Source of the DNA: a virus
Length of the DNA: 13,863 nt
Virus record (IMG/VR): IMGVR_UViG_3300024999_000044
Location: 128,001 to 141,863 of that record
Direction: 5' to 3' (one strand)
The notes beneath the pieces are model-generated. The model ran no database searches and was not told the DNA's origin. It was given only the letters and a program-made list of their open reading frames with translations. This document shows, piece after piece, positions 7,079 through 13,612 of the stretch (its first letter is position 1; the number at the start of each line of letters is the position of its first letter). A program made the position numbers and the translations under genes.

Positions 7079-7113
7079 GTCTGCTCTCCTTAATAGGGGG
7101 AGCAGACTTTTTG
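7079..7113 (+). terminator. Strong rho-independent terminator ending the polymerase transcription unit
   Basis: gtctgctctcc-ttaata-gggggagcagac is an 11-bp stem with one G-U pair, followed by ttttt. It shares the tgctctcctt 10-mer with the terminator at 8581-8610. Confidence 0.8.
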
Positions 7114-7169
7114 CGTGCAGATTTTTTAATCTGATGAGACTCCACTCAGCAGGAAGTGAGGTGCGTATA

Positions 7170-7607
7170 ATGAAAGAATTACGAGTGAAAGTAAAATTAT
7201 CTTCAGATCGAATACTAGATGTGGATATAAGTAAAGAACTCACTATAGACACTAACAACCTGAGTAAAGAGTTGGTGTCTCAGGCAGGTAAGTATGCTTG
7301 GTGGGCGGTAGCTGAAGAACTTTCTAGGAAAAAGGTGGACATGGATCATAACTCTATTGATAATATAAAACAGGAGTTATCACAAGAGTATGGAAACCAA
7401 AATTATTTAGGTGACAGACGCTTAAAGAAGGCAGTATCTAGGTATGTCAGATCCAACATACAACATTCCTTTTTACTTCTTATTAAAGAAGCGTTTGAGC
7501 ATAAACGGGACACATTAATGTTACTGAGGGATAATCAGTCTTATGAGGGTGTTCTGCGCAGTTACAACTCAACCATATCCTATTATCTAATGGCACTCGG
7601 GGCGTAA
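7170..7607 (+). CDS. Probable UvsY-like recombination mediator protein
   Basis: Preferred start is ATG 7170 (SD gaggtg at 7158-7163, spacer 6). The ORF track's 7134 start lacks an SD. The segment IDTNNLSKELVSQAGKYAWWAVAEELSRKKVDM aligns by eye to T4 UvsY IDSTKLQYEAANNVMLYSKWLNKHSSIKKEM, sharing ID.t.L...Y..W.....KK.M. Length is about 145 aa, close to UvsY. It lies directly upstream of the gp32-like SSB. Confidence 0.4.
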   Translation: MKELRVKVKLSSDRILDVDISKELTIDTNNLSKELVSQAGKYAWWAVAEELSRKKVDMDHNSIDNIKQELSQEYGNQNYLGDRRLKKAVSRYVRSNIQHSFLLLIKEAFEHKRDTLMLLRDNQSYEGVLRSYNSTISYYLMALGA

Positions 7608-7645
7608 CGCCCACTTTGCCAAGTAAAGAAAGTGAGGAATTTAAA

Positions 7646-8554
7646 ATGGCAGGATTAGACATTGCGAAGTTAGCGAAACGATTAGAGGAACTTAATACTA
7701 AGAATACTAGTGGTGGAGGGGCCAACTTCATAGACCTAAAAGATGGAAGAAATGTGGTTCGTGTGTTACCACCTGCGGAAGGCAAGGAAGACTTTGCCCA
7801 AGAAGCATTTGTGCACTATGGGGTAGGTAAGACAGAAACTAACAAAAAGGGTACCATGATTGTATGCCCTACAACACATGGAGATAACAAACGCTGTCCA
7901 GTGTGCGATGCCTCTAAAGAATTCAAGGCCCTCTCTAAGAAGAAAGACGATGCCATGTCCAAGCAATCTAATGAGCTGTACCGGAAAAAACGTGTATACA
8001 TGAATGCCATCGACAGATCTGTTGACATCGAGGCCCTAGCTAGGGATGCCGAGGGGAACTACCTAGACCCTGATGGGAAAATATTCAATCCGGTTCAGAT
8101 CTTAGCAGTTGGAACTACAGTGTACAAGTCAATAATCGGTATTATATGTGATCCAGATTATGGAGACATCACTGACCCTGTTACAGGTTTGGATATTATC
8201 ATAACCAAAGCGGGTACTGGGATGAATACGGATTATGAGACTAAGACCGTTCGTAAGGAATCCCCTATTGGTTTTAGCGAGTGGAACGCAAAGTTAAACG
8301 ATTTGTCCACTTACGCTGTGTGTAAAACTTACAAAGAAATTCTAGGAATACTAAATGGGGACGAGCCGGACGAAGACGAGCCCGAAACTACTTCTAGTAC
8401 ATCCTCCAGATCCACTGACACAACTCAGGATACTACTCCCCCAAAGGAAAATACATCCACAGGGGATGGTGGCTCTGGTGATACTGGGGAATCTGATGAA
8501 GCTAGGATGGAACGAGAGATTGCGGAAGCCTTAGCAAAACGTAAGGCTAGGTAA
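7646..8554 (+). CDS. T4 gp32-like single-stranded DNA-binding protein (zinc-binding, acidic C-terminal tail)
   Basis: Preferred start is ATG 7646 (SD gtgagga at 7632-7638, spacer 7). The ORF track's 7616 start is a TTG. RVLPP matches gp32 RFLP. CPTTHGDNKRCPVCD matches the gp32 zinc motif C..STHGDYDSCPVC. The C-terminus is acidic and Ser/Thr-rich: DEPDEDEPETTSSTSSRSTDTTQDTT...GESDE. Confidence 0.8.
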   Translation: MAGLDIAKLAKRLEELNTKNTSGGGANFIDLKDGRNVVRVLPPAEGKEDFAQEAFVHYGVGKTETNKKGTMIVCPTTHGDNKRCPVCDASKEFKALSKKKDDAMSKQSNELYRKKRVYMNAIDRSVDIEALARDAEGNYLDPDGKIFNPVQILAVGTTVYKSIIGIICDPDYGDITDPVTGLDIIITKAGTGMNTDYETKTVRKESPIGFSEWNAKLNDLSTYAVCKTYKEILGILNGDEPDEDEPETTSSTSSRSTDTTQDTTPPKENTSTGDGGSGDTGESDEARMEREIAEALAKRKAR

Positions 8555-8580
8555 GGCTATAAAAGAAACATTGTGCATAG

Positions 8581-8610
8581 AAGGAGAGCAGACGTGCTCT
8601 CCTTTTTTAC
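8581..8610 (+). terminator. Rho-independent terminator after the SSB gene
   Basis: ggagagca-gacg-tgctctcc is an 8-bp stem followed by ttttttac. Confidence 0.8.
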
Positions 8611-8626
8611 TATATAAAGGCAGGTG
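8611..8626 (+). promoter_or_regulatory. Conserved tatataaagg-caggtg element (copy 2 of 2) immediately after the terminator and upstream of the HD gene
   Basis: Identical 10-mer tatataaagg as at 2531, again followed by aggtg/ggtg. The GTG start is at 8635. There is no room for a -35 box because the preceding bases are the terminator stem. This fits a -10-only (T4-late-like) promoter or a translational operator. Confidence 0.35.
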
Positions 8627-8634
8627 TTCTTCCA

Positions 8635-9426
8635 GTGAAACGAATAGAATTAGAAATAGAGCCAATCAGTGTATTTGGGTGGGAGTTAGATAAAATAGTC
8701 AATGAGCAGTGGCGTAGCATGTGTGCCCTAGCTTTGTACCGAGCACCTAATTATTTTTGGACAGCCCCTGCTAGCACCTCTGGTAAGTACCACCCTAGAA
8801 CTTCATTAGGAATGGGGGGATTAATCAACCATACTAAGGCTGCATTTTTAGTGGCTGAAAACCTGTTCACTAATGAGACATGTGCCCCTTTTACGGATGA
8901 ACAAAAAGATATAATAAGAATAGCTATAATACTACATGATTGCTGTAAGCAGGGGTTTGATGGGTTGGGGCATACAGCACCAAATCATCCCATGCTTGTT
9001 AGATCGTTGCTGAAGGTATTTGAGCCTGAAGATTTAGAGGTTGTGTGGGATGACATATGTGGTTGCATAGACTCGCATATGGGACAGTGGAACACAAATA
9101 AGGAAAAGGTAGAAATATTACCAAAGCCACAAACAGAAATGCAGAAATTTGTGCATTTATGTGACTTTATTGCATCCCGCAAGGATATAGAAGTAGATGT
9201 AAACAGAAGAGAAGGTCATACTAAGGAAGAATCTGCGTGGAAAGATGAAAGGGCTTCAGAAGGGCAGATAAACTTTATTGCAATCTTAGTTAAAAAGGCT
9301 ACGGATTCCGGTGTATCCTACAGTAATCTTCCCTTCAATGATGTGGGGGTTGATACACTTACTAAAGGATTAGCTTCCGATATAATCACCGCATACAAGA
9401 AGGTGTTGGGGATGGGGGATAAATAA
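8635..9426 (+). CDS. HD-domain metal-dependent phosphohydrolase (candidate dNTP/dNMP hydrolase)
   Basis: GTG start at 8635 with aggtg at 8622-8626, spacer 8. HD-domain signature in order: KYHPRTSLGMGGLINHTKAAF (first His), IAIILHDCCKQG (the HD doublet), DSHMGQW (His), VHLCDFIASRKD (distal Asp). The C-terminal ~80 aa are unassigned. Confidence 0.7.
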   Translation: MKRIELEIEPISVFGWELDKIVNEQWRSMCALALYRAPNYFWTAPASTSGKYHPRTSLGMGGLINHTKAAFLVAENLFTNETCAPFTDEQKDIIRIAIILHDCCKQGFDGLGHTAPNHPMLVRSLLKVFEPEDLEVVWDDICGCIDSHMGQWNTNKEKVEILPKPQTEMQKFVHLCDFIASRKDIEVDVNRREGHTKEESAWKDERASEGQINFIAILVKKATDSGVSYSNLPFNDVGVDTLTKGLASDIITAYKKVLGMGDK

Positions 9427-9434
9427 TACCAAAG

Positions 9435-9468
9435 AGCAGGAGTCAAAATCAGACCTCCTGCTTTTTTA
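9435..9468 (+). terminator. Rho-independent terminator after the HD gene
   Basis: agcaggagtc-aaaatca-gacctcctgct is an 8-10 bp stem with a one-base bulge, followed by tttttta. Confidence 0.75.
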
Positions 9469-9489
9469 TGGAGAAGGGGGAAATTTGAG

Positions 9490-9882
9490 ATGATGCGTGA
9501 ATTGGTATTATTTAACACGATTGAAGATATTAAGAAGTTTATACACGACCAGGGATACACTTATATACACCAGCTGTATAACCAAAATGAGATGGTATTA
9601 CCTGGAGTGTATCTTCCAATCTTATCAGAGGAGCAGTTTAAACCCTATGGAATTAATTTTGAGTATGTAGATAAGCCTTGTTCACTAGAGGAACTATTAA
9701 ACAAGCACAATCCCTGGAGTGGTGTAGGTCATATAAGAGGTAAACACAAGAGTGTAAACATCAATCCATCTTCTGAAGTAAGGAGATGCATAAACAGTGT
9801 GATTCAGAGTGGTGGTATTCACCCTAATTTTCACATGTTTTACACTCGTAGAACAGGGAGTGATATTGCTGATGAAACGTAA
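9490..9882 (+). CDS. Hypothetical protein (130 aa); its 3' end overlaps the sigma-factor start by 11 nt
   Basis: ATGATG at 9490, with aggggg at 9474-9479 upstream. No recognisable motif. The TAA at 9880-9882 lies downstream of the sigma ATG at 9872, indicating translational coupling. Confidence 0.55.
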   Translation: MMRELVLFNTIEDIKKFIHDQGYTYIHQLYNQNEMVLPGVYLPILSEEQFKPYGINFEYVDKPCSLEELLNKHNPWSGVGHIRGKHKSVNINPSSEVRRCINSVIQSGGIHPNFHMFYTRRTGSDIADET

Positions 9883-11020
9883 TCCGTATCTAGAAGGGAC
9901 ACCTGATGAGTTTATTGTCAACAATATGAATTTGGCTAGAGACGTAGCATGGCCCTTCATAAGGGCTTCATTTGGTAACCCTGCTAATACTTTTACTAAA
10001 GAAGACTTGTTATCAATAGCGTGTGAAGGCTTAATAAAAGCATACCAGAGATTTGATCCTACTAAATATGAAGGTGAGGGTGGTGAAGGAGTCAAGTTCA
10101 GCACGTATGCCATACCAGTGATTAGGGGTACCCTAATGGTAAATCTGAGGGACTTGAACTCTATGATAAGACCTAGCAGAGAATCCCTTGCTCTCTTGAC
10201 TTTAGTTAGAAAGTCGGGGCTGACTTCCAATTCTCCAATTAGTGAGCTGGTAGAAAAGGCAGGATTAACGGTTAAGGAAGCAATGGCAGTCAGCAGGTCC
10301 ACTAAATTGTCTGTGGTGGATAGCTTAGATCGTCCACTGGAAACTGATGACGGAGGTATAGTGTTTGGAGATACTATTCCTTTAAGGAATGAAGATAGTG
10401 AAAAATTATTAATCCTTAGTGACTTTATACGACGTTTAGAACCTCGACTTCAGAGGGTGTATCAGTTGCGCGTAGCAGAGGGCAAGTCACAAGCTGAAGT
10501 AGGAAGAGCCTTAAAACTCAGTCAAGTTCAGGTTGGTAGATTAGAGTATCAGTTGTTTTCGTACGCTGAACAATATGGGAAGGAAGAAAAAATGCTGAAG
10601 ATTCCAATACCCTCACGATCAGAGGGTTGGGGTAGTTCTCAGAATTACCCTAGGGAATGTAAAGAACGAGCTATAGAGTTATCTAAGACGCATGTACAAG
10701 CTGGACAAATAGTTAAGAAAATTGCTGAAGAATTCCCCGGAGAAACCATACCACCGAGCTCCATACACAACTGGGTGAGTCACTCTAGAAAGAAATTGGG
10801 GATCATAGTAGAACCGAGCACTAAGAGATCTAGAAAATATTCTATTGAAGCGGAAAACAGAGCAAAGGAACTGTTGAGTAGGGGGGTAAGTAGTAGGGAA
10901 GTGTGTAACATGCTGAGGGCGGAGTTCCCAAAGGAGAACATACCAGCATCATCGGTGTACGTTTGGGGAAGCAGGATAAGAGCAGATCTGTACAAGAAAG
11001 AAATGAATGGAGGGAAATAA
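9872..11020 (+). CDS. RNA polymerase sigma factor, SigF/SigG-like sigma-70 family, with a C-terminal extension of two tandem transposase-like HTH repeats
   Basis: Preferred start is ATG 9872. The ORF-track start at 9809 would add a hydrophobic 21-aa leader encoded inside the previous ORF. Region 2: LLSIACEGLIKAYQRFDP...KFSTYAIPVIRGTLMVNLRD matches the sporulation-sigma pattern. Region 4.2: LQRVYQLRVAEGKSQAEVGRALKLSQVQVGRLEYQ. The sigma fold ends after about 245 aa. A further ~140 aa then contain two similar ~55 aa modules: ECKERAIELSKTHVQAGQIVKKIAEEFPGETIPPSSIHNWVSHSRKKLG and IEAENRAKELLSRGVSSREVCNMLRAEFPKENIPASSVYVWGSRIRADL. Both resemble the IS3-type transposase N-terminal HTH. Confidence 0.8.
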   Translation: MKRNPYLEGTPDEFIVNNMNLARDVAWPFIRASFGNPANTFTKEDLLSIACEGLIKAYQRFDPTKYEGEGGEGVKFSTYAIPVIRGTLMVNLRDLNSMIRPSRESLALLTLVRKSGLTSNSPISELVEKAGLTVKEAMAVSRSTKLSVVDSLDRPLETDDGGIVFGDTIPLRNEDSEKLLILSDFIRRLEPRLQRVYQLRVAEGKSQAEVGRALKLSQVQVGRLEYQLFSYAEQYGKEEKMLKIPIPSRSEGWGSSQNYPRECKERAIELSKTHVQAGQIVKKIAEEFPGETIPPSSIHNWVSHSRKKLGIIVEPSTKRSRKYSIEAENRAKELLSRGVSSREVCNMLRAEFPKENIPASSVYVWGSRIRADLYKKEMNGGK

Positions 11021-11953
11021 ATGTCTCATACACTGGTAATTGATGGAAATAACATTGCTAGCAGGGCCTACCACACTCCCCAAGGGGAGCTACGCTCCCG
11101 TAAGGGGGAACCCACGGGTACTATTCTTGGTACTTTAAACTCATTAAAAGGGTATCTTGAAAAGTTTCAAGATGCCACACGTATGGTGGTAGTGTGGGAT
11201 TACGGAAAATCGGCAGAGCGTATGAAGCTGCACCCTGGCTACAAAATGAACCGTGATCACACTAGAGATGACCATACTCCGGAGGAAATACTAAAATTTG
11301 AAGAGTATAAGTGGCAAATGAATGAGATACACAAATTTCTTCCCAGCTTAGGCATAAACTCCCTGAAGGTTAAGGGTTGGGAAGCAGATGACCTTGTATA
11401 CGCTACAGTTTGTCTATTAGATGGCAGAAAGACCATTATTTCTTCAGACAAAGATATGCTCCAATTAATAAATGAAGAGGTGTCCGTGTTTGACCTATAT
11501 AAGGATATTATTGTGGGACCTCATAACTTTGAGGTGAAGACTGGGGGGGTAAGTCAGAAATGCTATCTTGGATACAGATCTTTATTGGGGGATGATTCAG
11601 ATAATATCGGGGGTGTACCTGGTATTGGTAAGGTTACTGCTAAAAAGCTTATGGACACTTACGGACATATAGACATCATGTTTAAGGATAAAAACAATCT
11701 CATGGCCAAGTCTAGAACTGCTGCCATATTCAAGCCTGAAAATCTAGCCATCATAGGTAGAAATCACAAATTGATGAATTTAGGTTACGTGAACTACGGG
11801 GACATACGTGAAGACATACTAGGCATGATAACCCCGAGACATGAGTTAAACACCCAAGGGGTTAAGGACTTTTTCATGAGGCTGGAGTTTGTATCTGTGA
11901 TGTCTAATTTCACCAGTTGGATGACTTATTTTAGGCTATTGGGGGAGGACTAA
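11021..11953 (+). CDS. 5'-3' exonuclease / flap endonuclease (T4 RNase H / T5 D15 / PolA N-terminal domain family)
   Basis: SD ggaggg at 11009-11014, spacer 6. The ATG directly follows the sigma TAA. Family motifs present: LVIDGNNIASRAY, VVVWDYG, YKMNRD, GWEADDLVYAT, ISSDKDMLQL, GDDSDNIGGVPGIGKVTAKKL. Confidence 0.85.
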   Translation: MSHTLVIDGNNIASRAYHTPQGELRSRKGEPTGTILGTLNSLKGYLEKFQDATRMVVVWDYGKSAERMKLHPGYKMNRDHTRDDHTPEEILKFEEYKWQMNEIHKFLPSLGINSLKVKGWEADDLVYATVCLLDGRKTIISSDKDMLQLINEEVSVFDLYKDIIVGPHNFEVKTGGVSQKCYLGYRSLLGDDSDNIGGVPGIGKVTAKKLMDTYGHIDIMFKDKNNLMAKSRTAAIFKPENLAIIGRNHKLMNLGYVNYGDIREDILGMITPRHELNTQGVKDFFMRLEFVSVMSNFTSWMTYFRLLGED

Positions 11954-11955
11954 AA

Positions 11956-12156
11956 ATGCTAGAGGAATGTAGATATTGCGGGTTTAAGCATGTTGACCAG
12001 TCATGTGTAGAATTTAAGAGAAACCATGTCAGCAATAGGGTGAACCCATATTGCACCAAGTGTGGCAGAAGACTATATAATGAAAAGGTAAGAGAACTAA
12101 GAGGAAGTGGTACTGAATGCACCATGAGAAGTCTTTCTTGTAGCCATGCTACTTAA
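11956..12156 (+). CDS. Small zinc-ribbon protein (66 aa)
   Basis: SD ggggagg at 11942-11948, spacer 7. The translation is MLEECRYCGFKHVDQSCVEFKRNHVSNRVNPYCTKCGRRLYNEKV.... It contains CRYCG and CTKCG (CxxC...CxxC), spaced 25 residues apart. Confidence 0.5.
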   Translation: MLEECRYCGFKHVDQSCVEFKRNHVSNRVNPYCTKCGRRLYNEKVRELRGSGTECTMRSLSCSHAT

Positions 12157-12170
12157 AAGGATTAGGATAG

Positions 12171-12198
12171 AGCCTCCCATAGGGGAGGCTTGATTTTT
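12171..12198 (+). terminator. Rho-independent terminator
   Basis: agcctccc-atag-gggaggct is an 8-bp stem followed by tgattttt. Confidence 0.75.
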
Positions 12199-12320
12199 CA
12201 CCTGTTTTGTGAGAAAATTAAAGAGAGGATTAATTCAACTAGTATAAAATATATGGCTTTTTACTGTTTGGAGTAAATTCTCATACTTTGGATTTAATTA
12301 AAAATGAGGGGGCAAACATA

Positions 12321-13589
12321 TTGGAAATACGTTTAATTGAAGAATGTTTCAATCTTTTTGAGGCTATTGGTAGTACCGCTTCTCGTAATATAAAAGCTGA
12401 GTACATTAAGACTGGCATGGAGAATCAAGCATTTCGCAAATTAGTTGAAGCCACCTACAACCCCTTCAGGATGTACAATATTAAGAAAGTACCGGAAGTT
12501 CTTAGCCCCTGTGATTGTGGGACTCATGAAGACAGGTTTACCATGTTCATGGATCTATTGCAGGATCTACAAGACCGAAAGCTGACTGGTAATATTGCTG
12601 TTGATGCTGTGTTTATATTTTTTAATTTATGCTCTAGCACTGAGGTCAAATGGTACTCCAAGGTACTCCAGAAGGATCTTAAAATTGGAGTGACGGACAA
12701 GAGTATTAATAAAGCTGAAAAGGGATTCATACCTACATTTGACTGCATGTTGGCACATCCATTTAAAAAATGGCCCAAACGATTTATTGAGGAGATCAAA
12801 TGGGATGGATACAGATGCCTGGGATTCCATCTAGATGATGATACGGTAGAGTTATTCACACGGAATGGGCACCGAATACTTGGGTACACAGGAATAGAGT
12901 ATGAACTTAAATTGAATACTGCTAAGGGGTTTGTATATGATGGAGAGATCGTGTCCAGAGATGAGTCATTTAATTCCACCCAAAAGGATATATTCAAGTT
13001 AGGAAAAACCGATAAAGATGGTGTGCTAAACATCTTTGACATGATACCAATACAAGAGTTCAAAGCAGGTAAAGGAACTCAACCATTGTATAGGAGACTT
13101 AGATCCATGTCAGTGAGTATTAATACTGAAGGTGCCAATTTCTTAAATCGTGAACTGCCAGGTAAGTTTTTTACTCCAGATGACGAAGAGGAAGTCCTGA
13201 AGGCATATGCAACCCTCACGGATGCAGGATACGAAGGTGCTATGATCAAGGATCTTGATGCTGTGTATGAGTGTAAACGCACATATTCATTACAAAAGCT
13301 AAAGCCTATGGAGACAATTGACCTAGTGGTCATTGGTGTGGAAGAAGGTAAAAAGGGTACTGATCTTGAAGGAACGTTGGGAGCTTTAGTAGTGGATTTT
13401 GAGGGTAACTCCGTCAATGTAGGCTCCGGGTTTAAGAAAAAGAATGGAGAAAGAGATAACCTGTGGGCTAGACGTAATGATCTCATAGATAGGACTATTG
13501 AGATAAGATACCAGGAGATTACCAGCAACCAGAAAGGTACAAAATCTCTGCGGTTCCCTACATTTGTCAGGTTCAGAGACGACAAATAG
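12321..13589 (+). CDS. ATP-dependent DNA ligase, T4 gp30-like, with an N-terminal DNA-binding domain
   Basis: There is no in-frame ATG before residue 43. TTG at 12321 has the SD gaggggg at 12306-12312, spacer 8. This start gives M-E-I-R-L-I-E-E-C-F-N-L-F-E-A-IGST, which is collinear with the T4 ligase MILKILNEIASIGST. An alternative TTG at 12288 is in frame but has no SD. RKLTGNIAVDAV matches T4 RKLTGNAAIEEL. Motif I is EEIKWDGYRC (KxDGxR). Confidence 0.8.
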   Translation: MEIRLIEECFNLFEAIGSTASRNIKAEYIKTGMENQAFRKLVEATYNPFRMYNIKKVPEVLSPCDCGTHEDRFTMFMDLLQDLQDRKLTGNIAVDAVFIFFNLCSSTEVKWYSKVLQKDLKIGVTDKSINKAEKGFIPTFDCMLAHPFKKWPKRFIEEIKWDGYRCLGFHLDDDTVELFTRNGHRILGYTGIEYELKLNTAKGFVYDGEIVSRDESFNSTQKDIFKLGKTDKDGVLNIFDMIPIQEFKAGKGTQPLYRRLRSMSVSINTEGANFLNRELPGKFFTPDDEEEVLKAYATLTDAGYEGAMIKDLDAVYECKRTYSLQKLKPMETIDLVVIGVEEGKKGTDLEGTLGALVVDFEGNSVNVGSGFKKKNGERDNLWARRNDLIDRTIEIRYQEITSNQKGTKSLRFPTFVRFRDDK

Positions 13590-13612
13590 GAAGTATAGAG
13601 GCGTGGGTAAAT

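Noticed and set aside
7616-7645. TTG start and a 10-aa N-terminal extension for the SSB; also the 7134 ATG start for the UvsY-like gene
   Set aside because: In both cases a downstream ATG (7646 and 7170) carries a well-spaced (a)gtgagg SD. The upstream starts do not, and 7616 is a TTG.
8582-8610. AGGAGA-N17-TTTTTTA, which matches my recollection of the SPO1 middle-promoter consensus (AGGAGA-N17-TTTNTTT)
   Set aside because: The match is produced by the stem and T-run of a canonical terminator hairpin. It is most simply a terminator. It is noted in case middle promoters of this phage really do overlap terminators.
9697-10302. 201-aa ORF on the minus strand
   Set aside because: It is fully antisense to the sigma-factor gene, whose region 2 motifs are unmistakable. 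It has no RBS and no recognisable motif. It is treated as a spurious shadow ORF. The same applies to the minus-strand ORFs 12524-13063 and 13079-13627, which are antisense to the ligase, and to all shorter minus-strand ORFs in the track.
12288-12320. The ORF track's TTG 12288 start for the ligase
   Set aside because: There is no SD within range: ggag at 12270-12273 is 14 nt upstream. It adds 11 residues with no counterpart in the T4 ligase N-terminus. It is kept only as an alternative.
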